A stretch of DNA of 50,917 nt from a bacterium (lineage in GTDB: Bacteria > SAR324 > NAC60-12). The notes under the pieces are model-generated. The model saw only the letters and a list, made by a program, of their open reading frames with translations. It did no database searches and was not told where the DNA came from. Location of the stretch: positions 1-50,917 of the forward strand of contig CBDDTI010000201.1 of the NCBI GenBank assembly GCA_965233585.1. The letters run 5' to 3'. Position 1 is the stretch's first letter, and each line of letters begins with the position of its first letter. Shown in pieces: positions 39,250-50,917 of the stretch. The position numbers and the translations under genes are program-made.

Positions 39250-39735
39250 GCGAGAATTGAGGATTGAGGATCAAGGATCCAGGATTGAGAATTGAGAATT
39301 GCGATAGTCGAATTTTCAAAAATCGAGAATCGAGGATCAAGGATTGAGGATATATATATGAGAATCGAGACATGAGAATCGAGAATCGAGGATCAAGGGC
39401 CGAGAATCCATAATCCAAAATCGAGGTAATTGAGAATCAAGCAGGGAGAATTGAGGATCGTGTGTTGGTAAACAAAAACAAAGAATCGAGAAACGAGAAA
39501 CAAGAATGGAGAATAGAGAATTGATGATTGAGAATCAACGATCAAGACACGAGAATGGAGAATCAAGTATTGAGGATCGAGTATCAAGAATCAAGTATTG
39601 AGGATCGAGTATCAAGAATCAAGACATGAGAATCGAGAGTCGAGGATCGAGAATTGAGAGCGGAGAATCGTTTTTCAAGAATCAAGACACAAGAATGGAG
39701 AGACAAGAATCGAGAATCGAGGATTGAGGATAGAG
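39250..39735. repeat. Decayed 7-bp array (GAGAATC)n
   Basis: GAATCGA units interspersed with GAATTGA and GAATCAA variants. Confidence 0.8.
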
Positions 39736-42700
39736 ATATTATTGCCAATGTAGATTTTTCAAGCAGGGTATCCACAAAGCCAAAGTTAGGATTCCCAACC
39801 TATATTTGCCAATCTCAAACTCCCAACCCAACATTCCCAAGCCAAATGTCCATTTTGTTTGTTGAAATTCCAAATAGAATGACCAAAGGCAAAATTTCCT
39901 GTACATTTTTCCCCATGTGAAATTCCCATGTAACATGTTCCCCAAAAAATAATATAGTATTTAATTCATCTACAGTAAATAAAGACCTCCACAGTAAGTT
40001 TCCAAACCTACAATTCCCCAATGTCACACTCCCAAATTCAAATGCCCAAGATATTATATTCCAAACTAGTCTTCCAACCATCTTCCTGTTTTCAATCTTC
40101 CAAATTTGGAATTCCCTGTCAATAAATTCAAGAGCTAGAATTCCCAAAACTAAATACAACATCTATAATTCCCAATGCCAAAATCCCAAGCTGTGATTCT
40201 CATTCTAGCCTATTGTTTCAGGGTCCTTTCTTTTCAGTTCCAAATCCCACAAAAATCCAGAAAAAAATGTTACAACTTTTTCTCAGCTGAGGTCAAAATG
40301 AAAGCTTGGTTTTGTATCAACGACAGTTTCAGAACCTTGATACATGGGTGGCCTGTTCTAGCAGCAGCTGTGATTGCGATTCTTGACATTGAAGGAGAAA
40401 ACGTTGCTTGGTTTTTAAATTGTTCAGGTTTTTGCTAGAAGTGTTGTCAACTGATAACACCTCCAATTCATGGAACACAATCAGCTTTCTTCTCGATTCC
40501 AAAAAATGACATGTTTCTGATATCCTCTCAATGCTCTGTCCCTCTGAGCCAAAGTCCCTTTTCAATGTTTTGCATTAAAAAAACATATTTAAATTTAACA
40601 CCCAATTGCGTATCGCATCTTGTTTTCTGTCTGTCTTGGTTTTAGAAGAAAGATCTTTGGAACTAAGATTGACGAATTTGAAGCAGACGATGATCAAGAA
40701 GAGCAAGAAGAGGGAGAAATGGAGAGAAACAGGCCTGCCAAGAAGAAGGTGTTGTCAAAATCAGAGCTGTACAAAGCATATGCTGGGAAGGGTCCAACAC
40801 GAATGGTGGCAGAATTTCTCGTTTCTGAGCCAGAGCTGAAGTCCCATGCTGTACTTATCACAGAGATCTCCGCGCCCTTAGAATCTAAATATGTTGCAGA
40901 TATCAAAGCACAGCAAGATTTTCAGTCCATGCGAAGATGGAATGTACTTAGATCATCAGGACAATCATGGTGGGAAACTGGAAAAGAAATTGTGGCTCGC
41001 TCCTTTTCTGTAGACCTGTCAGAGAAGCTTGGTATCTGCCCCCCACTGAAACCACCAGTGACCTTTGATCCTGAGCAAATTTGGATGGTTGAGTCTTGGC
41101 CTTTGTGCTTGGAACATTGTTTCTTGTTGCTGGTTAGCCCTCAAAACCCGCTTTTCAGTTTTAGGTGATTCATTAGTTTCCCTTTGACACATGATTTTCA
41201 CACTTGACCAACCTGTCCAAATTTAAGGAAGAGAAGCAGCTTTTGGAGACTGCATTTCTATTTTCGGCTACTCTTGCGTCAAACACTGTATGGGCACATA
41301 TGCATTTTTGCTATTGCCTCCCTGGAGCGGCTTGTGCTTTATTGTCAGATTCTATGGAGGAGCGTGAAATCATTATGAATGCATTGAGACGTATCATTGA
41401 TGCCATTCAGCGGTTAGATAAACTGAAGGACAAGCAACCAATTTTGCAGGAATTGTTTGACGACCTGGCGTTCCAAAAGGAAACTTACCCTTTGGAATTA
41501 ATGTCTATGCTAGTCCAAAGCAACTTTGACCCAAAGGACCGAGAAATCCAAAAGTTGTTGGCCAGAACAAAGACAGGCACAAGCACAACCAAAGACATCC
41601 TTGAATCAGCATTTTCTCACCTACAGAGCATTTCTGCTTGCCACAACAAGAATCGTAAAATGGGGCTGCACTCGAAGTGGTTGTACACTACAGCGAGCCC
41701 TTACTCAAAGATTTCGGCGCCGCAGGTATATCCGGAACCTTCTGACTGGTTGAGTTTCAGTGTGTCAGACCAAGACCTTATCAAGGAATTTGCCACATTG
41801 GGATCAGTTCAAAAAGAAAAGCTACCAGAGTACGAATATGGACAGGATATCCGTTTCCCAGCCACTGCTCATGACATCACAAAACGGAAATGGAGGAATG
41901 CAGGGCCCACTTCACACCATAACAGTGCAGCAGCCATGATTTTCATGCTCACTGACGTTGGGGACGACTTCCACAATGCAATTCATTCAACATGGGGATC
42001 CTTATTCACAGTTGGTGGCATTTTCCATCATCGACACAAAGACATTTACGCGTTGTCTCTTGGATTCCGGAAATGGGCAGCTGTGGGTATGAAACTTTCC
42101 GTCCAAGAACTGGATGGTGAGGAAACTCAAATGACATTGAGTAATTTTTGACATTTAAGGTAACAATAGCAAGTCTGCTTTCTAGATTAGACAAGAAACT
42201 TAGTAAAATTCGTGTTATTTTTGTTCTTGATATTGGATGTTTCACCACAGAAACACAATTTGTATTACTTTTTACTAGTTTTTGGTAGTTTTTTGCTGGA
42301 TTAACTTTTCATGTTTTCCTGCCAAAAAAAATGTATTTCACGCTTTTTGAGATTTCACGGTTAAAAAAACGCTCAAAACCAAGACCTGAACCCTAAGATT
42401 ATTATACTTTTGCAAAAAGATGATCCAGCAGCAATTATTTAGTAAAAAATAAGCAAGAATTCACATAAATTTTCAAAAAAATAGCAATGCTTTAAAACAA
42501 AAAACAAAAAGGAGCTACTAAGGCATTATTTTCCCAAAAAATGCCAAGTCTTATGAGATTTTTTACTAGCCAGAGGCCCGGATTGTGGATTTTAAATGTT
42601 TCGTGTTTTTTTCCTGTTTTTTTCGTGTTCCGTTTTCGTGGTTTTTTCTTGTTTTTTTTGTGTTTTTTCCCTGCTGTTTTTCCTCTTCTTTTTCACTATT

Positions 42701-44939
42701 TGTGGATGTTGTCTTTTGTTTCGCCTTTTGTTTTCTTCTGGTTGCCATGCCTTGTCTGATGTGTTGCCACACTTCTCCAACCCAGGTTTTTCACTATTAC
42801 GACTAAACATGTCTGCAAAGCATTCTTGCAAGAATACAGAATACGAGACATTCGATTTCGGGTCCTCTGGTCCCCAATGCAAAAGGGGAAGATGAACACG
42901 AAAGAAATAGGAAGAAAACAGGACCCCAACGCAGAAGGGAAAAACGACCACGGAAAAAATACGAAAAAATAACACGAAAAAAATGAGAAAAAAAACTGGA
43001 CCTCCTCGATCAAGCCTTAATAAAAACAAAAATTTGGAAAATCAAGAAAAAACTCCGAGTTTTTTGTGTTTTTTTTTGCGTTTTTTTTGCCTTTTTTTTG
43101 CGTTGTTTTTTTGCGTTTTTTTTTCGTTTTTTTTTCCGTTTTTTTTTGCCTTTTTCTTGCGTTTTTTTTTGCTTTTTTTTTGGCGTTCTTTTTGTGTTTT
43201 TTTCGTTTTCTTGCTTTTCCAAAAGAATCAAAATACAGAAAAATGCCAATGCCAAAAATTATGCATTTGTTTTTTTCCCAAAAACACAGAATCTCTGCTC
43301 AGGTATATCTCCAAGTGGACACAGATGTGAAGGAGCCTTTATTCATGTCCATTTACACCTTCCAAGAAGATTGTGGGAATTGGCAGGCTGTGCAGACGGA
43401 TACAATTATTCCAGCATGTTTTGATGAAGGATTCCGCGGCTCTGGTTTAGGTCTCTGTGTCAAGAACTTCACACCACTTCTCCCAGCAGCAATATTCAAA
43501 GGCACATTTCTCACAGTGAAACTTCTTACTCAGATTGCAAAAGTCCTTAAATTGGATCTCCCGAAGAAGGGTGAGGGCAGTGGAAAAACTGGCAATGTGG
43601 TGAAGATAGATTATGCAAAAGCTCTGATTGGGCACTATTTTGAAAATGCATCAGAAACGGAGAAAAAGAGGATGCTGGAAAGCATCATGGGAACCACAAA
43701 ACTGATTGATCCAAGCATTCTGCAGGTCCTTTCGCACCTTGACCCAGAAAATGCGGAGGACAGCATGTTCTTGAAAATGAAAAAAATGGCCCAAGAAGAA
43801 TTGGAGCAATGTCTAGTTCAGCATGGACGTGCAGAGAAAGAGAAAGAGGTTGATGAAAAGGTGCGGCTCGAAAAGGAAAAAGAGGAACAAAAGAGATCAG
43901 CAAAAGAGAACATGGAGGAAGTGGCAAAAGCCAAGGAAATCGGTGAACGAAAATGTAGAAAACAAGAGGAGGTGGCCAGGCTATGGAACCTAACTCCAAA
44001 GGAGCTTCGGGACTTTGCCTGGAGGTGGTAGCATTGAGAACACTTTCAGCATAGAGTACCATCCGGTCAAGGAATACTTCCGGGTGAAGTACCCTAGTCC
44101 CTCTGATTGCAATTTCGATTTCATGCTGTTGTTCCAATAAATAGTTTGTTTCCTTTTCAAAACCAAGTATCCTTGAGTGATGTTGCCAGATAATTATTCC
44201 TCTGGTTTGTGCCCTGGTTCTGGGATGTTCCAGAATCTGGAAAGAACATTTGTTTTCAGTTATTTTCTCGGCAAGGACCTGATGAGCCAGGATTTGCACA
44301 AAGCTGCCAGCGCAAATACAAAACCAACCGCTACCCCAACAAGGAGGACTCCTTGGCTGCTGTCCTTGATTGGTGCTACAACCTTTGGAATTCCCGCAAT
44401 CCAAAGAACAAACTCAAACCGTCCCTTGGTTGTTTATCAGAACCAAATGTTTCCCAACTTTTTACAGAGGAGATTCTTGTTTTTTGGAAAACCATGTGCC
44501 TTCAATTTTGCCAGCAGATACAGTACATCACTAAGGCCTTCAATGGCCGAACTTAAAGCATTTTGTGATGGTCTCAGTGACGAGGCAGGTTACTTTGGTG
44601 AGATTCACACAAAAACCCATCCTTGTTAATGTTTCGTCAAGAAAGGAATGATTTCGGTCATTTGTTCAAAGAAACAACTATTTTTCAAGTTGAAAAGTTC
44701 AAAAAGGAAAGCATCCACTTTGGTGATTGTGTTTCAGGCCGAGAAGAGACAATGAACTCGCATCCGGACGGGGTTCCTTGACATTATTTGGTGTTTGAAT
44801 GGCAAACCATATCTCAAATCTCAATGTGACCATGTATTGAATACATATTGTATTCATCTACAGATTGGGATTCACATAAGGCTCTCAATTCCACATCAAT
44901 TGAATTCTATCAATTTGGATTTTTAAATCCAAAAATGAG

Positions 44940-46260
44940 TAGATTTTTGTTTAGATTTAGATTAGATTTTTTGATTTACATTTACATTTAGATTTGGATT
45001 ACATTTAAATTTAAATTTAGATGAGATTTAGATCTAAATTTAGATTATATTAGATTTTGATTTACATTTAGATTAGATTAGATTTACAATCATATTGAGA
45101 CATAGATTTGATTTAGATTTACATTTAGATTGAGATTTAGGTTTAGATTTAGATTTAGGTTTAGATTGAGATTTAGGATTTAGATTTATTTTTAAATTTT
45201 GGATTGGATGTAGATTTAAATTTAGATTCTATCAGATTTTGATTTGGATTGAGATTTAGATTTAAATTTCGATTTAGATTAGGTTTAGATTGAGATTTAG
45301 ATTTAGATTAAATTTAGATTTAGATTTTAATTTAGATATAATTTTTGATTTTGATTTAGATTAGTTCAGATATTTAGATTTATATTTTGATTGAGATTTA
45401 GATTGAAATTCAAATTTAGATTAGATTTAGGTTTAGATTTAGATTATATTTAGTTTTTAACTTAGACTTAGGTTAGATTAGATTTAGATTGATATTTTCG
45501 ATTGAGATTTAAATTTCGGTTTTGATTAGATTTTGATTTATATTTACATTTAGATTTAGACAACATTTAGATTTAGATTTAAATTAATATTAGATTAGAT
45601 TTAGATCTAGATTAGGTTTTGATTTAGGTTTAGAATAGATTTATGTTTCAACTTAGATTTAGATCTAGATTAGATTTATATTGAGATTGAAATAAAAACT
45701 TCAATTTAAGATTAGATTTTGATTTAGATTAGATTTAAAACTAGATTTACAATCAGATTGAGACATATATTCGATTTAGATTTGCATTTAGATTTAGATT
45801 GAGATTTAGATTTAGGTTTAGATTGAGATTTAGGATTTAGATTTATTTTTAAATTTTGGATTAGATGTAGATTTAAATTTAGATTATATCAGATTTTGAT
45901 TTAGATTGAGATTTAGATTTAGATTTCGATTTAGATTAGATTTAGATTGAGATTTAGATTTAGAATAAATTTAGATTTAGATTTTAATTTAGATTTTTTT
46001 TAAATGATTTAGTTAACTACATTTAATCTAATCTAGTCTAATCTCTAAATCTTATCTTTTCTAGATCTAGATTTTGATTGATATTTATTTAGATTGAAAT
46101 TTAAATTTAGATTAGATTTAGATTGACATTTAAATTTAGAATAGATTTAAATTTAGTATTAGATGTAGATTTAAATTTAGATATTAGATCAGATTTAGAT
46201 TTAAATTTAGATTGAGGTTTAGATTAGATTTTTAATTTTGATTTTGATTAAGATTTAGAT
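44940..46260. repeat. (TTTAGA/TTAGA)n AT-rich array with an internal long direct duplication
   Basis: Visible 5-6-mer periodicity; ~45080-45340 is repeated at ~45745-45995. Confidence 0.9.
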
Positions 46261-47139
46261 TAGTGCTGCCCTTTGTTTCCTTGCCCGAGGTCCACTGTGT
46301 TGGGCGGTTGGCCATTCTGCATTGCTTGCCACATCAGTGTGGATGCCGTTGGGCCGAATTTTTCCGGCACTTAGGCGGGTTCTTTTTGAGGAAAAGGGCT
46401 GTACAGAAGTGCCAGAAATAACATGAAACATGTGTACAGACAAATAATTTCACAATCCTATTTGCTTATATGTTTTTTAATAAATATATACATGTTTGCA
46501 GTACATATATATATATAATCTCCTAAGATTCCTATGTCGTTGGCCCTTTTGTCCCAAGCATTGCACTGCCCGTTGGTTGTGCTGAAACGACCTGGGCCAA
46601 GCATGTGTATCCATGGCCGGGTGCAGATTTCAAAGCCTCACCGCTTCGTCCCCTCAAAGTTGGTAACGATTCCAATTTGGATGTATTTCATTTTCTTCAA
46701 ACATTGTCAAACGTTGATTGAGCAGATGAGCACTGTTCCTTTCAAGAAGAGGTAACCGGAGCATGGAGTGAGGTTATGTCTTGAAGTTTACAACCGAAAA
46801 TTTACATCCACAATGCCTAAGGCATTGTGTGTTGATTATGTTTCTTTGGTCTTTGGCCTGTGGCATTCGCCAGAAGGTGATGTGCCGTGGAATCCCAAAC
46901 GTTTGCAGAGTGAAGAAAAAATGACCAAAGACATTGAGCCAAGTTGCATTTGATGAATTCCTGTACTTGGATGTTGGCAATTCTAGCTTCCCTCACTCCA
47001 CTTGCTGCCCAAGCTGTCTCCTCTCTCTCTCCCCTCTCTCCACTTTCTCTCCACTTTTCTCTCTATCTCTCTCTCTCTCTCTCCCCTTGCTTTTCCCTCT
47101 CCAAGCCTTCAATATAGGGTCCCCAAACTAGAATTTCAT

Positions 47140-48473
47140 ATATTTGCATATATTCCCTTAATTTTCGCTAATTTACCTGATTTCCTAATTTCCCCTTATT
47201 TACCCTAAATGTTCCCTAATTTCCGAGATTTTCTTCATTTATCAAATTTCCCTGTTGTTTCCCCCCATGTTTCAGAATTTTCCCTAATGTTCCCTAATTT
47301 CCCTTTAATTTCGATAATTTCACTGGTTTCCCTTATTTCCCTAATTTCCTTGATGTCCCTGATCCTTCTATTTTCCCTAATGCTCACTGCTTTCCCTTTA
47401 TTTTTTCAGATTTACCTATGTACCATTTTCCGAATTTCCCTAATTTAACTAATTTTCCCAAATTTCACAAATTTCCTTAATATCATGTTTTTCCATAATT
47501 TCCCAAATTTCTGTAATTTCCATTGTTTCCTTCATTTTCAATATTTTCAATAATTTCAGGTTTCTCTAGTTTCTTTAATTTCAGTGTTGTTTCCTCATGT
47601 CATTTCTTTCGTTTTCCATTTTGTTGAATTAATTCCCTAACCTAATTTCCACAATGTTATGTTCCATCATGTTTTCCAACTTCCCGGAATTCCAATTGTT
47701 TCCATTTTCCATTCACTTTATCTACTTTACCTGATTTCCATAATTTCCCTCATGTTCCCAAATTTTCCCTAATGTTCCATAATTTTCCTATAATTGCTCA
47801 GATTCCCCTAATTTCCTCCATTTCCAAAATTTCCTAATTTACATAAAACAGTGTTTGATGAGATCAATTTTGTTTCAAATCTAAATTTGATTTTTAATTA
47901 TGTTTGTTTATCTCTAGAATAAATCCATATCTATAATATTGGATTATTTGACCTATATATGATTGGACTAGATTAAGATTAGGCAAGAGAAGATTTGATT
48001 AAATTTAGGTAACAAATGATTGGATTAGATTTAGATAAGGATTTAAAATGAGATTAAGATTTTGAATAGATGAGTTTGAGATTGAGATTTGGATTTTGAT
48101 TTAGATGAATGTTATTATTGATATTTAGATTTAGATTCAGATTTAAGATGTTGATTCAGATTTAGGTTTGGATTTAGATCTTAATCTAATCCGAATCTCA
48201 TTGGAATATAATTTAAATCAAATCTAAATCAAAAAAAATCTAATCTAAATCTAAAAATTAATCTAATCTAATCTTAATCTGAATTTAAAAAAATAAAATC
48301 TAAATCTAATCTAAACAACCTTAATCTGAGTCTATCTAAACCTAAATCCAATCAAATCTTATCTTAATCTAAATTTAATCTAAACTAAACTAAATCAAAA
48401 ACTAAATTTAAATCTAAATAAACAACTCTAATGTTATAAATCAAAAATTAAAATATAATCTAAATCTTAATCT
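47140..48473. repeat. Degenerate TTTCCCTAA satellite followed by TTAGAT array and its inverse AATCTA array
   Basis: Visible periodicities; orientation switch near 48180. Confidence 0.8.
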
Positions 48474-49010
48474 TAATCTAGGCTCGAGGACTTCGACCTG
48501 TCTGGCTCGAGGACTTCGACCTTTCTGGCTCGAGGACTTCGACCTGTCTGGCTCGAGGACTTCGACCTGTCTGGCTCGAGGACTTTGACCCGTCCACAGG
48601 GACCACAACAGGGGAAACAACAGGAATACAATGGGAAACAAAATGGCAAAATCAAAAATGAAAAAAAAAGAAGTCATATCTATAATTTTTAATCTGTTCA
48701 ATTGCTTTAAAACAATGTATGTATATGAATCAAATGAAAAAAGTGAAAATCACATTTTTTTTAAAGCAGTTTTTTTGGTTTACAAACTATAAAAGTGACA
48801 TTTTTCATTTTGCACTGTGTCTCCCCTTTCCTGTTGTGCCTTCTCTGTTGTGGCTTCCCTGTTGTGGCTTCCCCGTTGTCACTCCCCCTTTTGGGTCCAA
48901 GTCCTCGGGCCAGACAGGTCGAAGTCCTCGAGCCAGATAGGTCGAAGTCCTCGAGCCAGAAAGGTCGAAGTCCTCGAGCCAGACAGGTCGAAGTCCTGGA
49001 GCCTAGATTA
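48474..49010. mobile_element. Foldback-type element with arms of tandem 23-bp units (GGCTCGAGGACTTCGACCTGTCT)
   Basis: About 5 units at 48481-48591 and about 5 inverted units at 48894-49003. Inner CCACAACAGGG / CCCTGTTGTGG motifs are also inverted. Non-coding. Confidence 0.8.
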
Positions 49011-49014
49011 GATA

Positions 49015-50917
49015 AATTAGGAGACCTTGGGGAAAATTGGGGAAATTGGGGAACATTAGGGAAATTAGGCAACAACATTGGGCAAAAATGTAACATTGGG
49101 GCAAAGTAAGGAAATTTGGAAAAATCAGGAGATTCCAGGGATTCTAGGGATTGTTGGGGAAAAGTGGGGAAAATGGTGATTTTTTTTTTGGGAAAATTAG
49201 GAAAATTGGGGAACATTAGGGAACATTAGGGAAATTACTGGAGATTAGGGAACTTTGGGGCAATTGGGGAAATTAGGGGAAATTGGGGAACATTATGGAA
49301 ATTGCGCAAATTTGGGAAAATTAGTGAACATTAGGGAAATTGCGGACATTTGGGGACATTGGTGAAAATTGGGGAAGTTAGGGAAATTTGGGAACATTAG
49401 GGGAAATTAGGGAACATTAGGGAAATTAGGGAACATCAGGTGAAATGACGTAAATTGAAGAACATTAGGAAAATTGAGGAAAATCGGGGAAATTGGTGAA
49501 AATTGAGGTAATTGGGCAAATTTGGGAAAATTAGGGAACATCAGGGAAATTAGGGGACATTTGGGGAAAATGAGGGAACATTACTTGAAATGAGGGAAAT
49601 TGAGGAACATAAGAAAATTGGGGAAATTAGGGAAATTGATGTTCACCAAATTGGGGAAATTTGGCAAATTTGGGAAAATAGGGAACATTAGGGAAATTGG
49701 GGACTTTTGGGAACATTGCCCAAATTGGGGGTTCCCTAATTTCTCCAATTTTCTCCTAAGGTTCGCACAATTTCCCAATGGTGTTAATGTTCCCTGATTC
49801 CCCAATTTCCCTAATGTTCCCTAATGTTCCCTAATTTCACCTAATGTTCCCTAATTTCCCTAAATGTTCTAATCTCCTAAATTTCCCCAATTTTCCTAAT
49901 GTTCCCAATTTCCCTAATTTCACCTAATGTTCCCTCATCTTCCCCAAAATCCCTAATGATCGTCCTAATTTTCCCAAATTTGCCAAATTTTCTCCAATGT
50001 CCCCAAATGTCACCAATTTCCCTAATGTTCCCTAATTTCCCTGATGTTCCCTAATTTCCCCTAATGTTCCCAAATTTCCCTAACTTCCCCAATTTTCACC
50101 AATGTCCCCAAATGTCCGCAATTTCCCTAATGTTCACTAATTTTCCCAAATTTGCACAATTTCCAATAATGTTCCCCCAATTTCCCTAATTTCCCCAATT
50201 GCCCCAAAGTTCCCTAATCTCCAGTAATTTCCCTAATGTTCCCTAATGTTCCCCAATTTTCCTAATTTTCCCAAAAAATTCACCATTTTCCACACTTTTC
50301 CCCAACAATCTCTAAAATCCCTGATGTTCTGTAATGTTCCCTTAATTTCCTGATTTTTTCCGAAGTTCCCTTACTTTGCCAAAATGTTACATGTTTTTCC
50401 AAATGTCGCCTAATTTCTCTAATGTTCCCCAATGTTGCCTAATTTACCCAATGTTCCCCAATGTTCCCCAATTTTCCCCTATTTCCCCTAAATTGGGAAA
50501 CATTATATAGGGAAATTGGGCAAATTTGGGAAAATTAGGGAACATTAGGGAAATTGGGGCCATTTGGGGACTTTGGGGGAGTTGGGGAAATTGGGGAACA
50601 TTAGGTGAAATTAAGGAAATTAGTGAAATTAGGAAGATTAGGGAAAATTTGGGAAAATAGGGAAAGTTTTGGGAAAATGTGGAAATTAGGTAAATTTGTG
50701 AACATTTGGGAAATTTTGGGAAATTAGGGAAATTGGATGACATTTGGGGAAGTTGGGGAAACTTAGGGAAATTAGGGAAATTAGGTGAAATTAGGGAACG
50801 TTAGGGAAATTGGGGACATTTGGGGACATTGTTGAAAATTGGGGAAGTGAGGGTAATTGGGGAACATTAGGGAAATCAGGGGACATTTGGGAAAATTGGG
50901 AATCCCTAATTTCGCCA
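49015..50917. repeat. TTAGGGAAA/TTTCCCTAA satellite blocks in alternating orientation, including a long inverted duplication
   Basis: G-rich 49015-49720, C-rich 49730-50490, G-rich 50495-50900; ~49060-49430 is the near-exact reverse complement of ~50020-50410. Confidence 0.9.

Noticed and set aside
42983..43302. Phe-rich hydrophobic N-terminus of ORF 43066-44031 as a transmembrane region
   Set aside because: T-rich intron sequence; the real exon begins at the AG|G acceptor at 43303.
44088..44102. ACCCTAGTCC as the right TIR matching GGACTAGGGT at ~4076
   Set aside because: Only 10 bp match, it lies on an exon/intron junction of the transposase-like gene, and the rest of the terminus is absent.
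48481..49003. 23-bp repeats as a CRISPR array
   Set aside because: Units are head-to-tail with no spacers and arranged as inverted arms; there are no cas genes and the context is eukaryotic.
49015..50917. True telomere at the window end
   Set aside because: Units are irregular 9-10-mers rather than perfect TTTAGGG, switch orientation and also occur inside introns.

Overview
Eukaryotic DNA, almost certainly from a dinoflagellate (Symbiodiniaceae-like), judged by GC/GA/GT splice donors with AG|G acceptors, many micro-exons and MITE-filled introns. Bases 1-3802 hold five C-terminal-half exons of a light-dependent protochlorophyllide oxidoreductase (LPOR) on the minus strand. No further LPOR exon was found after ~4042. 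The remaining ~46.9 kb reads as one giant insertion with its right end outside the window and its genes all on the + strand. It carries: (1) a 7-exon C5-cytosine DNA methyltransferase with one in-frame stop; (2) a multi-exon gene with two domains I do not recognise plus a C-terminal ASCH (PUA-like) domain; (3) a paralog of that gene inflated by tandemly duplicated micro-exons, with a small membrane-protein ORF inside an intron; (4) a large, frameshifted gene with DDE/DxxH-type transposase-like motifs. Its introns contain a telomere-like TTTCCCTAA satellite that shows filled versus empty sites, plus other minisatellites and foldback elements. Best hypothesis: a decaying giant cargo-carrying DNA transposon with a DNA methyltransferase and a candidate modified-base reader, inserted in an LPOR intron. 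All gene models were spliced by eye and no database searches were run.
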